From a virus (taxonomy: Duplodnaviria; Caudoviricetes): DNA of 57,989 nucleotides. Shown here piece after piece: positions 1 through 12,200 of the stretch; the first letter of the stretch is position 1; every line of letters starts with the position of its first letter. The translations under genes were made by a program, and so were the position numbers. The stretch is from positions 1 through 57,989 of IMG/VR virus record IMGVR_UViG_3300044635_001982. One strand, 5' to 3'. The notes under the pieces were generated by a model, which was not told the origin of the DNA, searched no databases, and saw only the letters and a program-made list of their open reading frames with translations.

Positions 1-127
1 ACCTCGGGCGGAGGCGGATGCGCTGGCGGCGAAGCTGGAAAGGCCCGAACCGCAGCCTCCAGGGCTGGCGAAGCAGGATATGACGGCGATGCCGCGACAC
101 AGTGCGCTGCTGCCGACGGCGCGGGTG
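1..127. repeat. Terminal direct repeat identical to 57863-57989 (circular assembly overlap)
   Basis: The first 127 nt match the last 127 nt exactly, and an ORF reads in frame across the join. Confidence 0.9.
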
Positions 128-217
128 CGGCCTCGGGCGGAGGCGGATGCGCTGGCGGCGAAGCTGAATCCGGCGAGCGGCTTTCCGAAGAAGAAGAAAC
201 GCATCGCGGCGCTGTAA
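2..217 (+). CDS. 3' part of an origin-spanning ORF starting at 57114 (about 321 aa in total), probable virion/ejection protein
   Basis: The frame continues from 57114 across the overlap and ends ...KLNPASGFPKKKKRIAAL with TAA at 215-217, 9 nt before the giant gene. It is absent from the ORF track. Confidence 0.75.
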   Translation, partial: PRAEADALAAKLERPEPQPPGLAKQDMTAMPRHSALLPTARVRPRAEADALAAKLNPASGFPKKKKRIAAL

Positions 218-226
218 TCACCCTTC

Positions 227-3200
227 ATGGGACAAGGCAACTTCGACAGCGGGGACGAGGACTATGAGGACATCGTGCAGCGGCGGGTGAGCCCGCAGGA
301 TGTGCTGGCCGCGCAGCGCGGGGCGAATGCTGCGGCGGCGCAAAAGGCGGCGGGGGCGAGCGACGTGCCCGAGGCCGTGCAGCCGAAGAGCGCGGTGGAG
401 GAACTGCGGGTGGAGGGTCCGAAGAGAGGGGACACGCCGGAGGATTTTTGGGCGCGGCAAAACGAGGCGGTGGCGCGGGGCGTCCTGCCGACGGCGCGGC
501 CGGCGGATGCGAACGAGGCGGGGCGGCAGCAGCGGGAGGCGGAGACTGGGCTGCGGCAGAAGCAGGCGGAACTCGATGCGGAAACGCGGGCGCGGCAGCA
601 ACAGGCGCGGGCACGCGAGGCGGAGGCGGCGGCAGCGGCGCGGGGCGGGGCGGCGCAGGCTCGGGCGGACGCGGCGGCGAAAGCGAAAGCGGCGCGCGGG
701 GCGCTGCAGAATTTTAAGCGGGCGGGCGGGCTGACGGAATACGACGAGGCGGGAAACGAGGTGCCGAAAATGCAGCCGCATCCGTATCCGCAGCAGGGCC
801 CAACGCCGACGGGCGAGCCGCTGCAGACGCCGGACGTGCCGGCATTCACGCCGGGGCCGACGGGAGAACCGCCGGTGCAGGACAAGGCGGGCAACTGGGT
901 GGTGCCGCACCGCAACGAGTATGGCGGGGTGGACGCGATGCCGGTCGAGAGGTCGCCGCATTTCCACGAGGACCAGACGACGGGAGAGCGCTACTACACG
1001 CACAAGGGCCAGAAAATCCCGCTGGGGGCGAATGCCAATCTGGTGGAGCGCAACAAGCTCAAGGCGACGCAGGTGGAGCTGGAGCGGGACAACATGCAGG
1101 AGCGGATCGACCTCGGGGACGCGCGGCTGCGGGCGGCGGAGGCGAAGGAGGGGATGAAGCCGTTTGCCGCCCAGGTGAAGACGGCGGAGACGCAGATCGC
1201 AAATCTGGAAAAGACGCTGGCGGTGGCGAAGGGGAAGGGGCGCGAGCTGGTGGAGAAACGGCTGGCGGAGGCGCGCGCGGTGCTGGCGGACCCGAACTAT
1301 CTGGCGGCAAAGGCGAAGCTCGATGCGGCGGAGGCGGAGATCGGCACGCGACAGAAGAGCATCCTCGACCGGCGCGAGCAGGCGCTGGAGGTGGTGCGAA
1401 ATCTGGACAAGCTGAAGGCGGCGCGGAATCTGCCGCCCGGAACTGTGCTTCGCCCGGCGAAAGCGGAGGAGCTTTTCCCGCCGGAAGCACTGACGACGGA
1501 TGCGGGCGGGCGCAGGAGCGTGAGCCGGGATGCGGTGGAGGCGCAGGTGGCGGCGCTGGTGGCGCAAGGGCGCGGACCGGAGATGCAGGGACCGCCCGCA
1601 CCGGGGGCACGGGTGCCGGAGAAAGTGCCGACCTCGCACATCGCGGGATATGGGGCGTATCTGGAGCAACTGCGGGCGAGCGGGATCGAGGCCGTGGGGG
1701 GCAAGCCCATCGCGCAGGAGATCGAGCAAGCCAACGAGCAGCAAAAGAAGCTCCGGGCGATGGGGATCATCGCGGAGAAAGTGAGCGAGAGTGGGGCCGT
1801 CAGCATGGCCAAGTTCAGCGCGCTGCCCGATGCGGAGAGGGCGGCTTTTTTGCAAGGCCTTCCAGCAGCGCAGCGGGCACCGTTTGCGAAAACGCTGGCG
1901 ACGTTTCGGGCGATGGCCGTGATGGAAGCCGTGGGGCTGCAAAACGCGGACCAAGCCTTTGCCATGTTGAGCCCGGAGCAAAAGGCGCTGGTGAAGGAAC
2001 AAATCGGCAGGGAGGGGATGCAACAGTTGGGGCAACTGGCTCAGATGCGGGCTCAAAGGGAGAGCGATCAAGCGCGGGTCGAGGGCAAGGCCGCGGCGTA
2101 TGAGGCGAGCGGAATCGGTGGCAAGGTGTGGGCGAACGCGGTGGCGCTTTACGGAGGAGCGACGAAAGGGCTGGGGGCATTGGTGACGGCTCCTCCGCGG
2201 ATTTACGGGATGCTTTTCCAGAACGGCGCGATCAAGGACCGGGCCGGCATCCAGTGGGCGGACAATGTGGATGCGATTTTGGACGAGACGTATTCCGGCG
2301 GGAAGAGCACGGAGATCGCGGACATGGCGGGCAACCTGATCGGCAGCACGCTGTCCTTTTTGATTCCGACGGGGCTGGTCGGGCAGGGGCTGCGCGCGGG
2401 CGGCGTGGGGGCGAAAGCCGCCCAGGGCGCGGCGCTGGCGACGACGGCGCTGGCGGGCTCGGTAATCAACGGCGCTGGATCGGTGGCGGAATCGACGGCG
2501 CTGGGTCTGACGGATGAGGAAACGTGGAAGCGGTTTTTGCTGGCGGCACCGCTGGGTGCCAGCGAGGCGCTGGGTCTGCCGCGCGGCATGCAGCGCATGG
2601 TGAACGGGATGATCCAACTGGACCGGGCGACGCAGGGGAGCTTTAAGCGGCTGCTGGTAAGCATGGGCCGCGAGGGATTGCAGCAAGTGCCGGAAGAGGT
2701 GCTGCAGGAAGCGGGCAACGCGCTGGTGATCGGGCTGGGGGACATGGCGATGGGCATCCGCAGCCGGGTGGATGAACGGACCGGCGAGCGGCGGGTGCCG
2801 ACGGTTGCCGACGTGCTGACGCAGACGGTGGAAAGCGGACTGCAGGGCGCGGCGGGAGCACTGATGTTTGGGGCGGTCTTTGCGGCGAACGCGCACGAGA
2901 AGGACCGGGCGCGGCTGCGGGATTACGCGAGGGCTTTGGAAACCGACGGCGGCTATGCGGTGATGCACGATCTGCTCGGGGAACTGCGGGGGCAGATGAA
3001 CACGGCACGGGCGGAGGGTCGGGAGGACGAGGTGCATGCGCTGAAGGACCGCATCGAGCAGGCGCAATTCGCGCTCGGCGAGGCGGCGAAAAAGGTGACG
3101 AAGATCGAGCCGACGGCGCGCGAGGCGATGGCTCGGACGATTGCGCCGGAGTTTGACCTGGCCGGGGCGGACCGGCAGCTCGACGGGAATGAGACGCTGC

Positions 3201-6200
3201 GGTTTGCGGCGGTGGAGATCGGGCGGGCGATGCGCGGGGCTTATCCGGGGGCCGCGGCTTCGGGGCAGGGAGGCGCGCAGGCGGCGCTCGACCAGATGCT
3301 CGGGGTGCATGTGGTGGCGACGGATCTGACGGGGGTGCTGAATGGGGGGATGATCGAGGCGGGCAAGGCGGCGGCGCTGGAGCGGCTGGGGCTGCTGGAG
3401 ACGGAGCAACAGGCGGATGGCTCGACGGTGATGCGGGTGACGGATGACGCGCTGGCGCTGTTTCCGCCGGCGCTGCGGGACGCGGTGGCGAATGACACGA
3501 CGGGCAAATACAATTTCAAGGTGACGGCCGGCACGCCGGGGCAACTGGTGAACAACCTCGTGAAGAGCGGGGAGGATCGGCTGGCGGCGGAGGCGCGGGC
3601 GAAGAGCGCGCAAGCTGGGCCAGCATCCAGTCCAGGAAGTGCAGCAGCGCCGGCGACGGGCGGGACGATTCCGGCAGCGGAAGGAGCGGGGCAGGGGCAG
3701 ACATCGGGTGGAAGTGCGCCGCAATTCCGCGTGAGGCTCAAGGTGGAACTGCCGGGCGGGGTGGCGCGGACGCAACCGGTGACGGTGTCCGCGGCAAACG
3801 CGGCGGAGGCGGTGCAGATCGCGGTGGCGCAGGCGCGGGGCTCGGCTCCGCAGGGGGCGAAGATCGCGGTGGCGGGGAAAGTCGAAGCTGTAACCGGAGA
3901 AGTTACAGGTGTAACCGCGAATGTTACAGGGTCACGCGGCGATGTGACGGACGATGCTGCGGAGGTCAATCGGGCGCGGCAGGTGTTTGCGCGAACCTAT
4001 GACGCTGCCCGGCCCCTGCTGCTCAAGCTGGGCGTAGGCAAGGTGGTGGAAGACCGGACGATGTCCGGAGGGATGGCTGTGGACAAGGGCGTGCTGCGTT
4101 TCAACCCGGACCAGCTCGCGATGATGATCCGCCTGAAGCGCGACGCCGGCATGAGTGAGGAGGATGCCGTGGCGCTGGTCATGGACGAGGAGAAGTGGCA
4201 CGCCGTGGGCCTCACCGTTATCAACCAGCGCGAAGCGGAGGAGATCGTGCGGACGGCTCCGAAGCGGATGATCAAGGCGGCGCGAAAGATTTACAACGGC
4301 TGGGATAATCTCAATGCCTGGCAACAGGGGCACGAGCTGGTGCGGATGGTTTTGCAGGGCCGCTACGCCGGCACGCTGACAGAGCAGATTCACAAGGCCA
4401 TCGAAAAGATCGCGGCGTGGTTCAAAAAGCGGGCTGAGGAATTGCCGGATGACGCGCCGCTGATCCGGGCCGCGGCGCGCATCGAGGCCAGGCTTGCGGA
4501 GATCAGCGCGGATGAGCGGATGGACATCGACTCGACGAACGATTCGCCGACGGATGAGGACTTCAGTCAGGATTCCGGGGCGGAATTTCAAATCTCCACG
4601 CCGCAGGGCGGGGTGAAGGTGCGCGGGCGGTGGCGGGTGGTGGAGGCGAGCGAGCTGACGACGAGCGACCGCCCGCAATACAACGCGGAACTGCAGCGGC
4701 GGGACCGTGGGCGGAGTGCGAGCCAGGCGCAGGTGGCGGAAATCGCCTTTGCGCTGGATCCCACGCGGCTGGGGGAAAGCGCGACGAGCGACACGGGCGC
4801 GCCGATCATCAATGCGCGGGGCGAGGTGCTGAGCGGGAACGGGCGGACGATGGCGCTGCGGCAGGTGTATGAGCGCGGGGCGACGAAGGCGGCGGAATAC
4901 CGGGCTTTCGTCGAACAAATGGCGGACAAGCTCGGCATCGCGGACCAGCTCGCCGGCATGCGCAATCCGGTGCTGGTGCGGGAGGTGACGGATTTCGGGA
5001 AGTCGAACGAGACGGAATTCGCGGACCTTTCCAACCGCTCGCAACTGCTCGGGCGGAGCGCGGTGGAGACGGCGATGGATGACGGGCGGATGCTGGTGGA
5101 CGAGGGACTGCTTGACCAATTTCAGCCGGGCGAGGACGGGGACGTTTTCACGGCGGGCAACCGGCAGTTCAACCGGCTCTTTGTGCAGCACACTGCCGAC
5201 CGGGCGCAACTGCTCAAGGGCGACGGTTCCTTTGCGCCGGAACTGGAAGGGCGCATCCGGCGGGCGGTGCTGGCGGCGATCATGGCGAACGCGCCGGAGA
5301 GTGCGGAGGCGGTGACGAGCGCGCTGGAACGGGCGGACAAGCTGGGGCTGACGCGGCAGGTGACGGGGATCATGGCCGCGGCGGGCCGGCTGCTGAAATT
5401 GCGGACGACGAACCCGGAGATGGACATCGCGGCACCGCTGGCGGAGGCGCTGGCGGGAGCGATCGAGGCGAAGGGGCTGATCGAAAGCGGCAAGGCCAAG
5501 GGCATAGAGGACGCGCTGGGGCAGGGCGTGCTCTTTGGCGAGCCGTCGGAAGCGGCGAAGATTCTGACGCGGGAGCTGCTGGAGCGGACGAGCGCGAAAG
5601 CGGTGCGCGAGATGCTGGGGGAATATGCGCGGGTGGCGGAAAGCGTGGCGAGCGGCCCGACGATGTTTGGCGACGAGACGCCGGGGATGACGCCGGCGGA
5701 GGTGCTGGAGAACATCGTGAATGCCGGAGCGCGGGAGAAGGCGCGGGCGAATGCGGCGCGGGGACTCAGGGAGGCTCTGGGGGCGGCGGCGGTGGTGGAC
5801 ACCTATGCGCCCCGGTATGAGCAGATCGACGCGAAAAAACCGTGGCTGAAACCGGTGACTGCGGCCATGCGGGCGCTGCCGGTGCCGGTGCAAACGGCGA
5901 TTCTGCAAGCCAACGATGCCGGGAAACTACCGGCGGTGCCGGCAGAACTGGCTCCGCTGATCTCCAATGCCAACGCGGCCTATGAGGCGAATTTGAAGCG
6001 GGAAATGGCGGGACTCAAACCGGCGTGGGAAGCCTACCGCAAGGAATTCACCAAGGAGGTGACGGATTGGTATGACCGGGAAGTTTCCGCGGTGGCGGAG
6101 GACACAGGGACGCTGCCGATGGTGGGCGTGGCGCTGAAGGGCGACCGCGGCATGGAAAAAGCGCTGGCCGATGCGCGGCTAAACGGGACGGAGCCGGACG

Positions 6201-9200
6201 TGACGACGATCAACGATGTTGTGCGGGGCAGCATTGTGGCGCTGAATGATGCGGGCGTGCAGGCCGCGGTGGCGGCGATTCAGGCGCGCTTTGAGATCGT
6301 GAAACACAAGGATCGGTTTGCGACACCACTGGACGGTTACAGCGACCATGCTTTCACCATCCGCCTGCCCAACGGGCGCAAAGCGGAAATCCAAGTGCAT
6401 CGGGTGGATTTGCTTTTTGCCAAGGAGGTCGGTGTGGGGCATGGCATCTACGAGGGGCTTCGCAGCGCATGGGCGGCGTATGGGGTGACGAAGAATGCCG
6501 CGCTCGAACCGTGGATTGCGGCGCAACAGCAAGCCAATGCCGACTTTTACGGAAGCGTAGTGGCGGCGTTTCTGAACTCCTCCTCGGTGCCGACCTCGGC
6601 ATCACCCATCAGCGCCCTCGCGACACCCGCCGCGGCCATGCCTTCGACCGCTGAACCGTCGGGCCTGAGGAATCCCGGAGATCCCGGAATCCGGGCCAGC
6701 ATCCGACCGGAATCGAGTTTCAGGAACTCGGTGCCGCGCGGGAATCTTTCAGGTAGTTTCAGTTCACTCATCTCCACTCAGATCATACAAGGCGAGGAGG
6801 GGAGCGTCAACGCGGGGCCGCTTTTTGCTGCGAAAGTGGAGCCAAAAAAGCTGCGGGAACTCTTCGACGCGGCGGCGGATGAGCCGGGGCCGATGGACAT
6901 TGCCGGCGGGCTGGATGTGGCGGGGTATCCGGGGCTGTTTGGCGGAGGGCTGGGCGTGAGCCGGGCGGACATGCCGCAACTGCCGAAGGAATTTCGGGCG
7001 CGCTTTCTCGCGTGGCTGGAGAAGCGGGGAATCGGGCACAGCGACAAGACGGTGAGTGCGCTGCGGCTCAAGGCGACGCAGCGGGAGCTGGATGCGGTGC
7101 GAATCGGGCGGGTGCTGCGGAGCGAGCGCGAGCTGAGCCGCGGGTTTGTCTCGGCGGATGGGTACGTGATCGACGGGCACCACCGCTGGGCGGCGCAGAT
7201 CGCGGAAGGGTTCACGACGGGGAGGATGGGGATGGACGTGACGGAGATCGGGCTGCCGATCCGCGGGGCGCTGGCGGCGATGCGGGCTTTCAACGCGGAA
7301 CATGGGATCGTTCCGAAACCCATCGAGGGCGAGATGTCGCCGGTGCTCGGCGCGAGCCGGGTGAAGGACACGGGGACGATGGACCTTTTCGCGACGCCGG
7401 CGGTGCAGACGGCGGCGACGGCGTATGTGAAAGCGGCGGCGAAGTCCAACGTGGTGTCCAAGAAGGACTTTGTATTTAAGGCGAAAGCGGACGGGCTGGG
7501 GGAAGTGGCGGAGGATTTGTTCAGCTTCGCGGTGAAGAACCCGCCGGCGTTGACGGTTTCCAGTGACGCCGGTAAGTCTCAGCAACCCTATGAAAACCCT
7601 CCCACCGCTCACGGACGACCTTCGTCCGAATCTGCGCCGTCAGGCGCTTTGGACGACCTGTTTGGAATCATGGCTGGGAAGCGTGAAGCCGAGCGAGGCG
7701 CGGGCGCTGCTGGCGGGGCCGAAGGAGGCGCTGCTGCGGGAAGTGGACAATCTGACGTGGGCAGTGATGGCGTTTCTGCTGACGGCCTACCCGAACCCGG
7801 AGGAGCAACTGCTGCCGGCGAACGTGGCGGAGGCGTTGAAGCAGGAAGCGCCGAACTGGGAGGACGCGGCGGACGCGGAGGAACTGGACCGGGAACAGGA
7901 CAATCCGCTGACGCCGGAAGAGACGGCACGGATCGAGGCACTGGCCCCGCAGTAGCGGACCGCCTGCCGCCGCTGGTCGAGCGGACCACGGACCCGGACG
8001 CGCGCAACCATGTCATCGAGCGCGGCGCGGAGATCGCCCCGCGGGGGCTGATCACGAAGCTCAAGGCGAACATCAAGGCCGTGAAGCTGCTCAAGGCCAT
8101 CCAGAGCGCGCGGCGCAACGCCACGGCGGAGGAAAAGGCGGCGCTGGTGCAATTCACGGGCTGGGGCGCGCTCTCGCAGGCTTTTGACCAGACGAAGGCG
8201 GATTACATTGCGGGCGGGCACCTCGACCGGGACCGGAAAGACCTGGCGCGCTATCAGCAGATGCAGAAAGCGGACATGGATGCGGGCCGGACGGGCGACT
8301 ATTACAAGGAACTGGTGGAGCGCAGCGAGGGGACGATCCGCGGGTATGAGGGCTGGGAGAAAAAGTGGAGCGGCTACTATGCGCAGATCAAGGAAGCGCT
8401 GACGGAGCCGGAATGGCGGCGGGCGCGGGCGAGCACGATCAACGCGCACTACACGAGCGGCGGCATGGTCTCGCTGATGTGGGACGCGGCGACGCGGCTG
8501 GGCTTCCGCGGCGGGAATGTGGGCGAGATGGCGACGGGCATCGGGCATTTCTTCGGGCTGATGCCGCAGTCTCTTCAGGACCGCTCGAAACTTTTCGGCG
8601 TGGAGATGGACCCGGTGAGCGCGGGGATCGCGCAACTGCTCTATCCGGAGGCGGACATCCAGAACGCGGCTTTCCAGCAGGCGGACGTGGCGGACAACTC
8701 GCTGGACCTGAACATCGGCAACGTGCCGTTTGCGAACATCGCGATCACGGATGCGGCGATCAAGGCGCTGGATGGGCCGCTCGACAATCTGCACGACTAC
8801 TACTTTGCCAAGATGCTGCAGAAGACGCGGCCGGGCGGGCTGATCGTGGCGATCACGAGTGCGTTCACGATGGACAAGATGACGGCGACGAACCGGAAAT
8901 GGCTGGCAACGCGCGCGGACCTGGTGGGGGCGTTTCGCCTGCCGAACACGGCGTTCAAGGAGAACGCGGGGACGGATGTGGTCACGGACATCATCATCCT
9001 GCGGAAAAAGGACGGGAACGCTTTCGAGCACGGGAAGGACTGGACGATGCTCGCGGAAAGCCGGACGGCCAAGGGCGTGCCCATCCGGGTGAATGAATAC
9101 TTTGCGGCGCATCCGCAGAACGTGCTCGGGTTGCTGGCCGATGACGGCGAGATGTTTGCCGGGCGCGATGGCGAGACGAAGGAAATGACGGTGCATCCCG

Positions 9201-12200
9201 ACCCCACGCGGCCCGCGGACGTGGCGCTGGCGCAGGCCATCGACGCGCTGCCGGCGGACATCGTGGGCGCGGCGGCTGGGACGAGCGTGCGAGGCGGTGC
9301 GGCCTCGGGCGTGAAGATGGGGAACATCGTGCGGGGCAAGGATGGGAACTTCTACTTCAACACCGGCGGCGAGCCTACGGCGATGATGACGGAGAGCGAC
9401 GCCGAGCTGAACAAGCCGGCGAATCGCCCGCGGGTGCTGGGCTTCATGGGGGTGCGCGATGCGCTGAACCGGCAGTATGAGCTGGAGCTTTCGCCGACGG
9501 CGAGCGCGGAGGCCATCGAGGAAAACCGCGAGGAACTGAACCGGCTGTATGACAACTACACGCGGCGCTTTGAGAATTTCCATCACCGCTCGAACAAAGC
9601 GCTGCTGATCGACGACCCGGATTATTTCCGGCTGGCCGGCGCGGAGGTGGAGCAGCGGGCGAAGGGCGGCATCAAGGCGCTGGTGGCGATGGTGCGGGGC
9701 AAGGCGGCGAAGGTGTATGTCAAAGCCGACGTGTTCTCGAAGCGCGTGCTCTCGCCGCGGGTGGAGCCGACGAGCGCGGACAGCATCGAGGACGCGATGG
9801 GCATGTCCCTGGGCTGGCGCGGGCGGGTGGATACGGGCTACATCGCGCAACTTACCGGACAGACGCGGGAGCAGGTGGAGGCGGCGCTGCTGGAGCGCGA
9901 GATCGTGCTGCGCGACCCGGACACGGGCCAGATTCAAAGCCGGGAGCAATACCTGAGCGGCAACGTGCGCAAAAAGCTGGAGATCGCGCGGGCGGCGGGC
10001 GGGGCGTTTGCGCGCAACGTGAAGCTGCTCGAAGCGGCGCAACCGGCGGACGTGGGCATCGCGGACATCAAGTTCAGCGTCGGGGCGACGTGGATTCCCG
10101 CGGCGATTTACCGGCAGTTCATGCAGAGCCTCGGGCTCGACGTGACGGTCAACTACACGACCGTGGGCGGGGGTGCGGATCATTGGACGGTGGAGAATCC
10201 GACGCGGGTCAGCGCGGACTCGGTGCGCTACAAGGATTTCGATGCCGGACGGTTCACGGCGGACGCGATGCTCGACGCGCTGCTGAACATGCGGCGCATT
10301 GAGATTCGCGACTCCGCGCGCGATGGCGGCAAGGTGAACCCCGAGGCGACGGCGCTGGCGGTGAACAAGGCGAATGAATTCAAGGCGGAGTTTGAACGCT
10401 GGGCGCGGGACACGCCGGGCGTGGCCGACGAGCTGGCGGCGACCTACAACCGCGAGGTGAACGGCTTCGCGCTGCGGACCTACGACGGCCAGCATCTGAC
10501 GTTTCCGTGGGCCTCGAATGACTTCAACATTTTCCCGGACAAGAAGAACACCGTCTGGCGGGCGATTCAGGAAGGCTTCGGGCTGATCGCGCACGGCGTG
10601 GGCGGCGGCAAGACCATCGTGGGCAGTGCCATCGCGCTGGAACTGCGGCGGCTGGGGCTGGCGCGCAAGCCGATGATCGTCGTCCACAACGCCACGCTCG
10701 AACAATTCGCGGACACCATCGCGCAGATCGCGCCGGCGTCGCGCGTGCTGGTGGGGCGGAAGGACGAACTGAAGGGCGCGAAGCGGAAGGAATTCCTGAT
10801 GCGGATCGCTGCGGGCGATTGGGATGCGGTGGTCGTGGCGCACTCGACCTTCAACCTGATCGCGGATGATCCGGCCTTCATGCAGAAGCAGATGGAAGGG
10901 CTGGTCGATGAACTGACCGAGGCGCTGATGGGTGCGGGTTACAACGACCTTGGCGCGGCGAAAGACGACCGGAAGAAAAACGCCAGCGTGAAGCAGATGG
11001 TGAGGATGCTGGAGCAACTGGAGGCGAAGATCGCGGAAGCCTCGAAACGCACGGCGGACACGGAGCTGCTCTCTTTCCAGCAACTCGGGGTGGATGCGCT
11101 GATCGTGGATGAGGTCCACAAGTTCAAGAAGCTGCCCTTTGCCACGAAGCTGGATGTGAAGGGGATCGACGGCGGGATGTCGAAGAGCGGTTACGGGCTG
11201 CTCATGCGGGCGCGCGGGATTCAGGAAAAGGCCGGGGGCAAGAACGTCTTCACGATGACAGGCACGCCGGTGACGAACACGCTCGGGGAGGTGTGGAATC
11301 AGGTGCGGCTGGTCGCCCCGCATCTGCTGAAGGAATACGGGATCGAGAAGTTCGATCAATTCGTCTCGAAGTTTGCGACCGTGGAAAGCAAGAGCGAGGC
11401 GGACCCCTCGGGCGCGCGCAAGATGGTGGAGCGGCTGGCGAAGATCATAAACCTGCCGGAGTGGGCGACGTTCTTCCGCATGGCGGCGGATGTGAAATTT
11501 GGCGATGACATGGTGACGGCTGGACGGCCCGACGTGAAGGGAGGCAAGGCGGAGCTGGTGGCGGTGGAGCGCACGCAGGGCGCGACGGCATGGGTGAACT
11601 ATATCCGCGCTGTGCTCGCTGCGGTTCCCGCGGCGCGCTCGGAGGCCATGCGCGACAAGGATTGGGAGCGGGTGAACCGGATCGGAGCCATTCCAGTCAC
11701 GGCCTACCAAGCCTCGCGGGCGGCGGCGATCGACATCCGGCTGGTGGAGCCGCGGGCGAAGGATGAGCCCGGCAGCAAGGTGAATCTGATGATCGAGCGG
11801 GCGATGGGCATCTACAAGGCGACGGACTCCTACCAGGGGACACAGGTGATTTTCGCGGATGCGATGAACCCCACGCGGATCAGCCTCTTTGACCAGGTCA
11901 TGCCGCTGAACAACCTGGCCATCGAACTCGACCCGCTGAAAGAGCCGGGGACGACATTCCACCTTTACGACGACATCCGCATGAAGCTGATCGCGCGCGG
12001 GGTGCCGGAGGCGCAAATCGCCGTGCTCACGGACAAGAAATTCCAAGGCGACTCCGGCGAGGTCGCGAAGAAAAAGCTGTGGGAAAAGGTGAATGCCGGC
12101 GAGGTGCGCTTTGTGATGGGCAGCACGGAGAAGCTGGGGACGGGCGTGAACATGCAACGGCTGATGGCGGCGGCGCATCATCTGGACGTGCCGTGGACGC

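Noticed and set aside
1-127. Biological terminal repeat of the virion DNA
   Set aside because: The length equals a common assembler k-mer and it falls mid-gene inside a tandem repeat.
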